Positions 29,725 to 38,985 of a stretch of 64,000 nt of DNA are shown in pieces. The notes beneath the pieces were generated by a model, which worked only from the letters and a program-made list of their open reading frames with translations, was not told where the DNA came from and did not search any database. Origin of the DNA: Thermoproteota archaeon (GTDB lineage: Archaea > Thermoproteota > Thermoprotei > Gearchaeales > Gearchaeaceae); the NCBI GenBank assembly GCA_032249235.1, contig JAVVGF010000003.1, positions 64,001 through 128,000 of the forward strand. The letters are read 5' to 3'. The position numbers were made by a program, and so were the translations under genes. The first letter of the stretch is position 1. Every line of letters begins with the position of its first letter.

Positions 29725-30564
29725 TTAATAACTACTTAATGGAAAAAGTTTATCTAAAAGTTTAATATCTTCATCGCTTAGCTTCCATCCTGATGCTTCG
29801 AGATTTTCTTGAACATGAATAGGATTTGAAGCTCTTGGTATAGGAAATACATAAGGTTTATCTGCAAGCCATCTAAGAGCTATTTGCGAAGGAGTTTTGC
29901 CATATTTCATTGAAATCTCTTCAAGCTTTTCTTTTTCTTTAGCTAGCCTTCCATGACCTAAAGGATAATATGCCATGAATGCAATCCCTTCTCTTTGACA
30001 ATATGGCAAAATATCCCTTTCTACATCTCTCTTAATCAAGCTATATTCAAGCTGAACTGCAGTTATATCATGCTTACTCAAAGCGTTTCTTGCCTCTTCT
30101 ATTTGCTTCAAGTTGAAATTACTTACGCCTACGAACAATATTTTCCCTTGCTCGATAGCTTCCTCCATTGCTTTCATAGTTTCTGATATGGGTACTCTTT
30201 TATTTGGGAAATGAATTAGATATAAATCTACATATTTAGTGTTCAGTCTTCTCAAGCTACCTTCTAAAGATTTGAAGAACTTATCTCTGCTAAGATGAGA
30301 AGGCCAAACTTTTGTTGAAATGAATATTTCTTCTCTATTGAATTCTTTTATAGCTTCAGCAACCAAGGGTTCAGAGCCATAAATTTCAGCAGTATCTATC
30401 AAATTCATTCCTCCAATTAAGCCTGTTTTTATTGCTTCAATTTTCTTTGCCTTATTCCTCATTATTCCCAATCTTGATAAAATTATCCAAGAAACATCGT
30501 AATATGTGCCCATTCCTATTTCAGATACAAGCGGCCCATTTTTGCCGAATCTTTTCTTGTCCAT
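29725..30564 (-). CDS. Aldo/keto reductase
   Basis: IDTAEIYG, TKV, DLYLIHFP, GVSNF, QIALRW and PIP motifs. Confidence 0.93.
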   Translation of the reverse strand: MDKKRFGKNGPLVSEIGMGTYYDVSWIILSRLGIMRNKAKKIEAIKTGLIGGMNLIDTAEIYGSEPLVAEAIKEFNREEIFISTKVWPSHLSRDKFFKSLEGSLRRLNTKYVDLYLIHFPNKRVPISETMKAMEEAIEQGKILFVGVSNFNLKQIEEARNALSKHDITAVQLEYSLIKRDVERDILPYCQREGIAFMAYYPLGHGRLAKEKEKLEEISMKYGKTPSQIALRWLADKPYVFPIPRASNPIHVQENLEASGWKLSDEDIKLLDKLFPLSSY

Positions 30565-30589
30565 ATTTTATATTCTAATCTATATTTAC

Positions 30590-30916
30590 ATAAATGAAAG
30601 CCTCGCCCTAAAGGGCGAGGGAAAGACTTGATATCTTAGAATTTAAGTTTCTCTTAAGAATTTCAGTGATGCTTCTCCTAAGCTCGATTGAAAGCTTGAT
30701 GGGACTTAAGAAAGAGTATTCAGCATACAGCAGATCTTTTATTTTGTTTTTCTATGAAGGTTCAATTGATAATTTCAAAATCTAGACCTAAGAAATAAAT
30801 GGGGCTCTCTGCATCACCTTACTACTCACTAAATGTGATATGTAACTTCGAATCAATAGTGGAGACAATGAATCATTCTAAAGGAAATCCTAACTTCAAA
30901 TTAGAGAGAAATTCAG
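30590..30916 (+). mobile_element. Non-autonomous IS200/IS605-family remnant
   Basis: TTAC (30586-89), then AAAG, then perfect hairpin CCTCGCCCT-AA-AGGGCGAGG (30601-20) form a left end. 30797-30916 resembles a decayed crenarchaeal tnpB 3' end/right end finishing in TCAG. No transposase ORF. Confidence 0.6.
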
Positions 30917-30993
30917 TTTTTCTAAATAACGAAAAGTATGTTAAGGAAAGTCCAAATATAATCTTAAATAGTATAATTTAAATTAGTATAATT

Positions 30994-32343
30994 GTGATTA
31001 TACAAAGTTACTTCAAAAATAGAGAAAAAGAATTGGAAGTTATAAGAGAATATCTAAGAAGCAATAAATTCGAACTTTTGATCATTTATGGAAGGAGAAG
31101 GATAGGAAAGACTGAGTTAATATTGGAAGCTACCAAAAACGTGAAAAAAATATATTATCTTGCTACTACTGAAAAGAACTTAGAAAGATTTTACTCCTTA
31201 TGCTCAAAGCACTTTCCTGAAATTTCGAAGCTAAAAATGGATTGGGAGGTTTTATTTGATTATTTGAAAGACAAAGTTGATGTAATCATTATAGATGAAT
31301 TCCAGAATTTGATCGAAGAAGATAAAAATATCATAAGCGTCTTCCAATCAATAGTTGATTTAATATTGAAGAATTCCAAAGTAAAATTGTTCTTAATTGG
31401 ATCTTCCGTATCTATGATAACTTCTCATATTCTTAGTTACAAAAGTCCTTTATATGGAAGAAGAACAGGCTCTATGGAAATAGGACCAATTTCCTTTTTT
31501 GACCTTAAAAAATTCTTTCCTAATTTTAATGTTGAACAACTCATAGAAATTTTTGGTTTCGCAGATGGAATTCCATTCTATTTAGTAAAAATAAACAAGG
31601 AATTTTGGACATGGCTTGAAGAGGAGCTAAAGAGAAAAGATACTTTTTTGAAGGATGAGGTAGATTTTATAATGAAATATGAATTTGAAGATACAAGCAC
31701 TTACAAGTTAATTTTAGAAGCTATAGCTTTTGGGAAAACTAAGATTAATGAAATAAAGGATTATATAGGAGTAAAAAGAACGGATATAACTCCTTATTTG
31801 AAAAACTTGATTGAGGTTAAAATGGTAAAGAGGCTTGTTCCTATTACTGAAAAAGAGAAATCAAGATATGGAAGATATTACATTTCTGATAATTTCCTTA
31901 AGTTCTGGTTTAGATATATCTATGAAAATTTGAGTTCGATTGAAGAAGGCATCTTTGATGTTAATACAATAAAACAAAACTATAATGTTTATCTTGGAGA
32001 GGTCTTTGAAGAAGTTTGTAGACAATTTTTGATAAGAAATAGAGAGAAAATTTTTCCATTCACAAAAATAGGTAAATGGTGGTATAAGGATAAAGAAATA
32101 GATATAGTTGCTTTTAATGAACAGTCAAAGGAAATCCTTTTTTGTGAATGCAAATGGAAAGAAGAAGTTAACGCTAAAGAAATTTTGCAAGAGTTAAAAG
32201 AAAAAGCCCAATATGTTGATTGGAATAAAAACGAACGAAAAGAATATTATGCTATCTTTGCGAAGAACTTTAAAAAGAAAGCAGAAGATAAAAATGTTTT
32301 TCATTTTGAACTGAACGATATAGAGGAATGTCTAAATAGTTAA
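30994..32343 (+). CDS. Archaeal ATPase with wHTH and C-terminal DUF234/PD-(D/E)xK domain
   Basis: F.NRE.E, YGRRRIGKT, IIDEFQ, SPLYGRRT, DNFLKFWFRY and EIDIV...ECKW motifs. Confidence 0.9.
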   Translation: MIIQSYFKNREKELEVIREYLRSNKFELLIIYGRRRIGKTELILEATKNVKKIYYLATTEKNLERFYSLCSKHFPEISKLKMDWEVLFDYLKDKVDVIIIDEFQNLIEEDKNIISVFQSIVDLILKNSKVKLFLIGSSVSMITSHILSYKSPLYGRRTGSMEIGPISFFDLKKFFPNFNVEQLIEIFGFADGIPFYLVKINKEFWTWLEEELKRKDTFLKDEVDFIMKYEFEDTSTYKLILEAIAFGKTKINEIKDYIGVKRTDITPYLKNLIEVKMVKRLVPITEKEKSRYGRYYISDNFLKFWFRYIYENLSSIEEGIFDVNTIKQNYNVYLGEVFEEVCRQFLIRNREKIFPFTKIGKWWYKDKEIDIVAFNEQSKEILFCECKWKEEVNAKEILQELKEKAQYVDWNKNERKEYYAIFAKNFKKKAEDKNVFHFELNDIEECLNS

Positions 32344-32643
32344 GTTGCATCTTAAAGTTTATTCCTATATCAAGATAAACTAAAGAAGTTAGGCATATCT
32401 CAATGTCTAACCTTCTAAAATTATCCTCATCAAGAATTGTTTTTATTCAGAATGTTTTTCGCTTAATTTTTCTAATTCTTCAAAAATTTATAAATTCAAC
32501 AATCATTATTATTTCTATTATTACAATTTTTATTATATATATTTCATAAAACTTTTAATTACTCTTATTTACATTTAAACTTATATTCAAATTAAAATAA
32601 TAATCGATCGTAAAATAATTGAATGAAGTAAAGTATAGAGGAA

Positions 32644-34326
32644 TTAGAAGCTCATTGCAAGAGTTTGTTTTAAATTCAAAGGAGGTAAATCATTAGGATC
32701 AATAACTAACTCAACGAGGTAAGATTCCTTTGCTTTCAGCAGTTTATTTATTGCTTCATCGATTTTATCATCATTATCAACTCTAATTCCTTCAATTCCA
32801 AAAGAATTAGCTAAAGCAACGAAATCAGGATTTGTTAATAAAGTTTCGTAAATTCTTCCTTGTTTTTGTATTACTTGTCTTAAGTAAAGGACGCGATAGC
32901 TATTATCATTCACTATGATGATTTTTATAGGAATTTTTTCTCTTTTTAAAGTCTCCAAATCTTGAACTGTCATCATGAATTCTCCATCGCCTAAAATTGC
33001 GATAACCTCATCATTCATGTTACATATTTTCGCTCCTATTGCTGCTGGAAAAGCATAACCCATTGCACCCAGGTTTGTAGAAGCTAGAAACGTTCTAGCT
33101 TTGTATATTTTAATGAAGTCATAAGCATAAAGAATATGAACGCCTTGGCCTCCTGTGACAATTCTATTTTTTGGAGCGAATTTATCTAGAAAATAGAAAA
33201 ATTTAGAAGGATTGACGGCATTGGAATATTTTCTGCTTAATGCTTCTTCAATCATTTTCATCCATTGTTTCTTCCATTCTAAAATCTTTGAATCCCATTC
33301 ATCATGCGAATATTTTCCTGATATTTGTTCATTCAATTCTTGTAGGAATGCTAATGGTTCATAGTTTAAAAGTTCATAATATTTAGGTCTCTTTCTTACA
33401 GAATCATCTTTACTTATTACAAAGACATCTCCTTTAGGCAATAAAGTATAAGCATAAGTCGTTGTATCATCGAACTCGTTACCCAAAACTAAAAGGAAGT
33501 CACAATTTTCTATTGCATTGTCTGCAACTATGTTTCCTCCTCCAAAGCCGCATCTACCTAAAGATCTTTCATGATCTTCAGAGCATGCACCTCTTGCATT
33601 TCCAGTTGTAACTATGTAAGAACCTGTTTTTTCTGCTAAATTAATTAAGTATTGAGATTCGAAATATTTATTATAAACCAGCTCTCCGCATGCCAAAATT
33701 AAAGGTCTTTTTGAATTAATTAGAGAATTTGTAATTTCTTTAACGATGTTTTGAGGAGGTCTTTCTGGAATGTTTTCTTTAATTTTTAATGATTCTAAAT
33801 CTTCAGCTTTTAACTCAAGCTTCTCGTTCCAGACATCTTCAGGAACTTCAATCACAATAGGCCCTCTTGGACATGTTGATAGATTTCTGAATGCTTCTTT
33901 CAATATTTCTAAAGCTTCACTTGATTTCGAGATTCTTAAATATTTCTTCACAATAGCCTTTGCTATATTTTCTTGATCGACTTCTAGCCAAGCATCTGTT
34001 CCTCTTAATCTTCTCCTAACACCTCCTGTTATAAGCAAAATCGGAACTCTGTCTTTCATTGCTATTGCAAGTGAAATTAAAGAATTCATAAAGCCAGGTC
34101 CTGCATGAACTGCTGCAACGCCGAAATGTGCTGTAATGCGAGCTTCTCCATCTGCTGCTGAAACAGCTACTTGCTCATGTCTTGTCGTTATGAAGTTTAT
34201 TCTATCTCTATAATCATACAACGCATCGATGAAATCTACAATGCTTGTTCCTATTATTCCATAAACTCTTTTTACATCGTTAATAAGTAAAGCTTCAGCA
34301 ATTAACTTAGCAACAGTTATTTGCAT
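32644..34326 (-). CDS. Thiamine-diphosphate-dependent enzyme (acetolactate synthase-like family)
   Basis: TRHEQ, GPG, GAMGYAFPAAIGA and GDGEF...ND motifs. Confidence 0.88.
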   Translation of the reverse strand: MQITVAKLIAEALLINDVKRVYGIIGTSIVDFIDALYDYRDRINFITTRHEQVAVSAADGEARITAHFGVAAVHAGPGFMNSLISLAIAMKDRVPILLITGGVRRRLRGTDAWLEVDQENIAKAIVKKYLRISKSSEALEILKEAFRNLSTCPRGPIVIEVPEDVWNEKLELKAEDLESLKIKENIPERPPQNIVKEITNSLINSKRPLILACGELVYNKYFESQYLINLAEKTGSYIVTTGNARGACSEDHERSLGRCGFGGGNIVADNAIENCDFLLVLGNEFDDTTTYAYTLLPKGDVFVISKDDSVRKRPKYYELLNYEPLAFLQELNEQISGKYSHDEWDSKILEWKKQWMKMIEEALSRKYSNAVNPSKFFYFLDKFAPKNRIVTGGQGVHILYAYDFIKIYKARTFLASTNLGAMGYAFPAAIGAKICNMNDEVIAILGDGEFMMTVQDLETLKREKIPIKIIIVNDNSYRVLYLRQVIQKQGRIYETLLTNPDFVALANSFGIEGIRVDNDDKIDEAINKLLKAKESYLVELVIDPNDLPPLNLKQTLAMSF

Positions 34327-34328
34327 TT

Positions 34329-35333
34329 TTATGTTTGCATGTTAACAACAGCTTCAGGTTTTTCACCTTTTATTACTCTTATGACGTTTCTTATACTGAA
34401 TTCGATTATTCTAAATCTTGCATCAGTATTAGCTCCAGCAATATGAGGAGTAGTTATTAAATTTACATTTTTAAGCTTAAGCAAAGGGTTATCTTTGCTC
34501 GGAGGTTCTTGAGAATAAACATCTATAGCAGCACCCCAAATCCATTTTTCAGACAAAGCTTTTGCTAACGCTTCTTCATCTACGATTTCTGCTCTTGAAG
34601 GATTAATAAGTATGGCAGAAGGCTTCATAGATCTCAATTCTTCTTCTTTTATCATTTTTCTCGTTTCATCTGTTAAAGGTAGATGAATTGAGATGATGTC
34701 GCTTTCTCTTAATAATCTACTAAAGCTTCTATATTCTATGTTGTATTTCTTTTCGAATTCTTCTTGTCTTATCTTATCGTAATAAATAACTTTTACTTCA
34801 AAATTTACAAGCCTTTTAGCAAGCTCTTTACCTATTCTTCCTAAGCCTATTATTCCCCAAGTTCTATTTGCTAAATCAAATGTTCCTTTATCCATCAGTT
34901 CCCATTGCGGCCATTCGCCTTGTTGAACTCTATTGTGTGCTTCAAAAAGCCTTTTTAGCAGTGCTAATGCAACCATAATTGTATATTCTGCAACTGAAAC
35001 AGCATTTGCTCCTCCTGCATTAGCAACAGGAATGCCTTTTTCAGCACATGCAACAACATCAATATGATCATAACCTGTGCTGGGTTGCTGTATTAATTTT
35101 ACTTTTTTCATGTGCTCAACCATATTCCTTGTTATTTTCATCTTAAACGTATGATCTCCAATTACGATATCTGCTTGTTCAAGAGTTTCGAGTATCTTTT
35201 TTTCTTCTGCATCGTATAATCCGATAACTTCTATTTTCGCATTCACTTCATTCGAAAAGGGGGCGAAGAATCCTTCAATTACGCTTTCAGGTAAAGGTGA
35301 AAAAGATGCTATCAAAATTTTTCTAGGTTCCAT
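34329..35333 (-). CDS. D-2-hydroxyacid dehydrogenase (glyoxylate reductase-like)
   Basis: GYDHID, SVAE, GLGRIG, HLPLT, IDVY..EP and TPHIAG motifs. Confidence 0.9.
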   Translation of the reverse strand: MEPRKILIASFSPLPESVIEGFFAPFSNEVNAKIEVIGLYDAEEKKILETLEQADIVIGDHTFKMKITRNMVEHMKKVKLIQQPSTGYDHIDVVACAEKGIPVANAGGANAVSVAEYTIMVALALLKRLFEAHNRVQQGEWPQWELMDKGTFDLANRTWGIIGLGRIGKELAKRLVNFEVKVIYYDKIRQEEFEKKYNIEYRSFSRLLRESDIISIHLPLTDETRKMIKEEELRSMKPSAILINPSRAEIVDEEALAKALSEKWIWGAAIDVYSQEPPSKDNPLLKLKNVNLITTPHIAGANTDARFRIIEFSIRNVIRVIKGEKPEAVVNMQT

Positions 35334-35382
35334 GCATTTATATAACGTTTATCCTTTAATTTTTAAAATACAATAATTCTGT

Positions 35383-35754
35383 ATGGCTGAAATAAGCGAA
35401 GATGAGCTTTTAAAACAATTCGAAATAGCTAAAGAATTAATCGATAAAGATCCTAACGAAGCTGGAATGTTATTATATAAGATAGCTGAATCTTCTTTAA
35501 TCATACTCGCTAATAAATACGTTCCTTATTATTATGAGAAAATTATAAAAAGCAAAAATACTAAAATTTATTTATTATTTGAAATAGCAAACGAGTTGTC
35601 TAAAAAACTTAATAAAAACTTTAAGAAATATTGGTATGAAGCTTGGGAACTAAGAATAGAGAGCCATGAATATAATTTAACTTCTGATTTTTTAAAAGAA
35701 AGAATTAAGACTATTGAAAAAATTATAAATTTTATTAAGCACAAAAAGAAATAA
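35383..35754 (+). CDS. Divergent PaREP1-like protein
   Basis: DKDPNEAGMLLYKIAE and W..AW.L pattern; the usual LHxxGFHE reads LRIESHE here. Confidence 0.6.
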   Translation: MAEISEDELLKQFEIAKELIDKDPNEAGMLLYKIAESSLIILANKYVPYYYEKIIKSKNTKIYLLFEIANELSKKLNKNFKKYWYEAWELRIESHEYNLTSDFLKERIKTIEKIINFIKHKKK

Positions 35755-35799
35755 TTTTTATAAATCTTTATTAAGATTTTATTCAATAAAAATAATTTA

Positions 35800-35813
35800 T
35801 TGGACAAGTCCAA
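35800..35813. promoter_or_regulatory. Palindrome TTGGAC-AA-GTCCAA; candidate operator of the oxidase operon
   Basis: 6-bp inverted repeat a few bases upstream of TATATTTAAA (35819-28), which lies about 25-30 nt before ATG 35851. Confidence 0.45.
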
Positions 35814-35850
35814 GTGCATATATTTAAATGATATTCATGTTCTCTAGCAT

Positions 35851-36006
35851 ATGAGCAAGAAAATGAATAGAATTACAGCATTGCTTTTAGATAATCTTTG
35901 GTTCTGGGCTATATTAGCTATGACGATAAGTCTAGTCTATGGTGCATGGGCTTTAATAGAGGCATCGAACATGCATATGCCTTCTTTAACTCCAAAGGGG
36001 TGGTAG
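35851..36006 (+). CDS. Small single-TM subunit of the heme-copper oxidase operon (51 aa, absent from the ORF track)
   Basis: MSKKMNRITALLLDNLWFWAILAMTISLVYGAWALIEASNMHMPSLTPKGW; stop is 1 nt before subunit II; TATA-like box upstream. Confidence 0.8.
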   Translation: MSKKMNRITALLLDNLWFWAILAMTISLVYGAWALIEASNMHMPSLTPKGW

Positions 36007-36007
36007 A

Positions 36008-36526
36008 ATGACGCTCTTTCCAAGAAGTTTGGAAGAGTGGTATAAACCATTTACTAAAGAGGAAAAAACATGGTTTATTCTCGCTTTAATTGTAGCTATA
36101 ATACTTGCTGCCACAACAATTAGTTGGTTTTACATAGATCCATATCATCAAGTCCCTGCTAAAAGCTATGCCATAAGTCCTAGTGAGTTTGACAAATTAG
36201 CTACGACGTTCGCAAATTCATATAAAGATAAAATAGTACCTGAGGGCGTTGATGTATATATTGTTGCTCATCAATTCTATTTCAATCCTGCAAAAATTAT
36301 TTTGAAAAAAGGTGTTACTTATAGAATTCATGTTTCTAGTGCCGATGTGCTTCATGGATTCAGCATAATAGGAAAGGATGGGACCGTTTATAATTTAATG
36401 ATAATGCCAGGAATGGCATACATTATACATATAGTTTTCGATAAAGCTGGAATTTATGAATTACGTTGTAATGAATATTGCGGTTCCGGCCATCATTTAA
36501 TGATTGCTACTATAGAGGTGGTTTAG
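36008..36526 (+). CDS. Heme-copper oxidoreductase subunit II (CuA, single TM)
   Basis: DVLHGF and CNEYCGSGHHLM CuA ligands; one TM helix. Confidence 0.93.
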   Translation: MTLFPRSLEEWYKPFTKEEKTWFILALIVAIILAATTISWFYIDPYHQVPAKSYAISPSEFDKLATTFANSYKDKIVPEGVDVYIVAHQFYFNPAKIILKKGVTYRIHVSSADVLHGFSIIGKDGTVYNLMIMPGMAYIIHIVFDKAGIYELRCNEYCGSGHHLMIATIEVV

Positions 36527-36527
36527 T

Positions 36528-38201
36528 ATGACAGAAGCCGGTTTTAGACGTTGTATGGCAACTGGATTGCTAGTTCATTTAGCTTCCCAAAGGCTAATAG
36601 TATTTAACTTCTTGATGGGAATAATTTCTCTAATAATAGGAGGTATTGCAGCGATTTTCGTAGGTTTAACTAGGTCATCTTTTGTTCTCCTTGAGCAGTT
36701 AGGATTACAAAATACGTATTATTATTGGTTGAATTTGCATGGCTTTAATATGCTAATATTCTGGATATTATGGTTTGAAGTTGCATTGATATATTTTGTT
36801 GCTACAATTTTGCTCAATGCACCATTATATAGCATAAGAGTCGGCTGGTTGTCTTTCATTCTAATGTTGATTGGTTGGTTAATAATGAATGTAATGAATA
36901 TTGCAGGAGATTCGATTGTCTTATTCACTGCTTATATTCCTTTAAGCGCTCCTCCTATATTTTACATAGGTTATCTGCTTTTTGCATTAGGCGTAGCTGT
37001 AGCTGTAATTAATTTCTTTTTAACGTTATATAAAGCAAGAATAGAAGGTAGATATTCTGGTCATCTTCCTTTGGTTACATGGGGTGCAGGTATTGCAGCA
37101 ATAATTGGCTTAGTAGTCGTAGCATATGGAGCCTTTGCAATTACTTATGCTTTATTGTTCAGTTCAAATTATGGATTAAGCGGAGATGTAATGTTTTACA
37201 GATGGTTCTTCTGGGGGCTTGGACATTCTGCACAATATGTTAACGTTACTGCAATGGTTGCAGTTTGGTATGCTTTACTTGCTTTAGGAACAGGCTTTGT
37301 TGCAGCAAAATTTGTAAATGAAAGATATGCAAGAATAGCATTTGCGATGTATACTTTATTCGTAGTTCCTGGAATAGGACATCATATATTAGTTGATCCT
37401 GGATTCTCAGCAATCTTTAAGCAAGCAAGCGGAAGTGTCGGTTCTCACTTTTTATCTGTTCCTTCGATGTTGCATGCTTTAGCTTTACTTGGAGGTGTTG
37501 AAGCAACTTTAAGAGCTTCAGGTCATACAAGCCTTTTAGGTTGGCTAAAGAAAATACCATGGAGGAATCCTGCAATATCAGGTATGCTTCTATCTATGAT
37601 TTTGTTTGGAATTGGAGGAATAATAGCCCAACCACAAACTACACTTCAACCAAATCTCTTGTTCCATAATACGCTATGGGTTCCAGGTCATTTTCATTTA
37701 ACAGTTGTCGGAGGTACTACCTTAGCATTTATGAGCTTATCATATTATGTTGTTCCTTTGTTAACAGAGAAAAAATTAATTAGTAGTAAAATGTCTATCA
37801 TACAAATCTATCTCTTCTTCATCGGAATATTTATACTAACTTTAAGTATGGCTTGGTTAGGATGGTTAGGTTCTCCTAGAAGAACGTTCATTAGTTATGA
37901 GGAATTAATAGAAAACGGTTGGTACGTTCCTGCTACATTCCTAGGTATAGGTGCTTTATTGGCTATAGTAGCAGGGATTTTATTTGTTTTAAACATGGTC
38001 TTAACTGTTTTAATAAGCAAGAAAGCAAGTTCAGCATCTGAATTATTAGAAGGATTAGTAAGTCCAATCGAGATAAAAGACGAAAAGGCAGTAAGAAAAA
38101 CAGGTTCATTAGTTATAGTTATAATATTGCTAGTCTTTATTTTGTTAGCTGTTTACTTTGCAAGTTTTATACGTTTAGAAGGTTTGCCAAAGATTTGGTA
38201 A
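36528..38201 (+). CDS. Heme-copper oxidoreductase subunit I, B-family-derived (eNOR/E-type-like)
   Basis: Six His ligands: LHG, GH233SAQY237, GHH and HNT..VPGHFH; SPRR loop; 12+ TM helices. Confidence 0.92.
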   Translation: MTEAGFRRCMATGLLVHLASQRLIVFNFLMGIISLIIGGIAAIFVGLTRSSFVLLEQLGLQNTYYYWLNLHGFNMLIFWILWFEVALIYFVATILLNAPLYSIRVGWLSFILMLIGWLIMNVMNIAGDSIVLFTAYIPLSAPPIFYIGYLLFALGVAVAVINFFLTLYKARIEGRYSGHLPLVTWGAGIAAIIGLVVVAYGAFAITYALLFSSNYGLSGDVMFYRWFFWGLGHSAQYVNVTAMVAVWYALLALGTGFVAAKFVNERYARIAFAMYTLFVVPGIGHHILVDPGFSAIFKQASGSVGSHFLSVPSMLHALALLGGVEATLRASGHTSLLGWLKKIPWRNPAISGMLLSMILFGIGGIIAQPQTTLQPNLLFHNTLWVPGHFHLTVVGGTTLAFMSLSYYVVPLLTEKKLISSKMSIIQIYLFFIGIFILTLSMAWLGWLGSPRRTFISYEELIENGWYVPATFLGIGALLAIVAGILFVLNMVLTVLISKKASSASELLEGLVSPIEIKDEKAVRKTGSLVIVIILLVFILLAVYFASFIRLEGLPKIW

Positions 38202-38266
38202 AGAATATATTTTTTTTTATAATTTTGTATAGATAAAATTTTATACTGCTTTTTTATTTAAATCAT

Positions 38267-38821
38267 GTGGCATTACAAGCTTATAGGGTATCTTTTAGAC
38301 CATGTCCATTTTTATTAGAAATTCTAAACAATGGTGAATTTATAGGATATAGATTCAATAATGAATCTTTACATTTATTAATAAAGTTAAAAGAGATAAA
38401 GCAGAATATAAATAAACCCTCTTATATAAAATTGTTTCGAAATACTAGCTCAAAATATTTAATTGTAGAATGTGGATATAATTGCCCTATAAAATATTTC
38501 ATGAAAAATAGCTATATCAATAAACTTATTATAACAAAGAAAAATATCAATCTATATATTATTAATAATGAGAATATTAAGATGAAGAATATATTATTTA
38601 ATGGTGTATGTTTGATAAAAGTAGAGAGAATGAATATTAAAGATTTGATCATATCCGATGATGAAAGAGAATTCATGAAAAAAGTCATTGCTTTAGGTTA
38701 CTTAGATTACCCGAAGAAAATAACCATAAGAGATCTTGCTAGGAGATTAAAGAAGTCCAAAACAGGGACGATGATGATGGTTAGAAGAATATTTAAAAAA
38801 CTAGCAAGAACTGCTATATGA
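38267..38821 (+). CDS. Transcription regulator with C-terminal Bat-type (HTH-10) domain
   Basis: ALGYLDYPKKITIRDLARRL motif. Confidence 0.8.
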   Translation: MALQAYRVSFRPCPFLLEILNNGEFIGYRFNNESLHLLIKLKEIKQNINKPSYIKLFRNTSSKYLIVECGYNCPIKYFMKNSYINKLIITKKNINLYIINNENIKMKNILFNGVCLIKVERMNIKDLIISDDEREFMKKVIALGYLDYPKKITIRDLARRLKKSKTGTMMMVRRIFKKLARTAI

Positions 38822-38844
38822 CGGCTTATAATTATTTAAGTCTA

Positions 38845-38884
38845 TTCTCTCTGCCCTAAAGGGCGAGGCTTTCAATTCTTGTAA
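38845..38884 (-). mobile_element. Solo IS200/IS605-family left end
   Basis: Minus strand reads TTAC-AAGAATTG-AAAG-CCTCGCCCTTTAGGGCAGAG, nearly identical to the hairpin at 30586-30620. Confidence 0.65.
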
Positions 38885-38985
38885 CTCACAGTGAAAATCA
38901 TTTTATAACAATCAAGCTTAATAAATAGGTATCATTTTTAAGTAACATATCAATGAATTTATATTGAATTTAAGAAAAGATAGGT

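Noticed and set aside
30799-30981. 60-aa ORF MGLSASPYY...
   Set aside because: It overlaps the decayed IS right-end-like sequence and has no protein motif.
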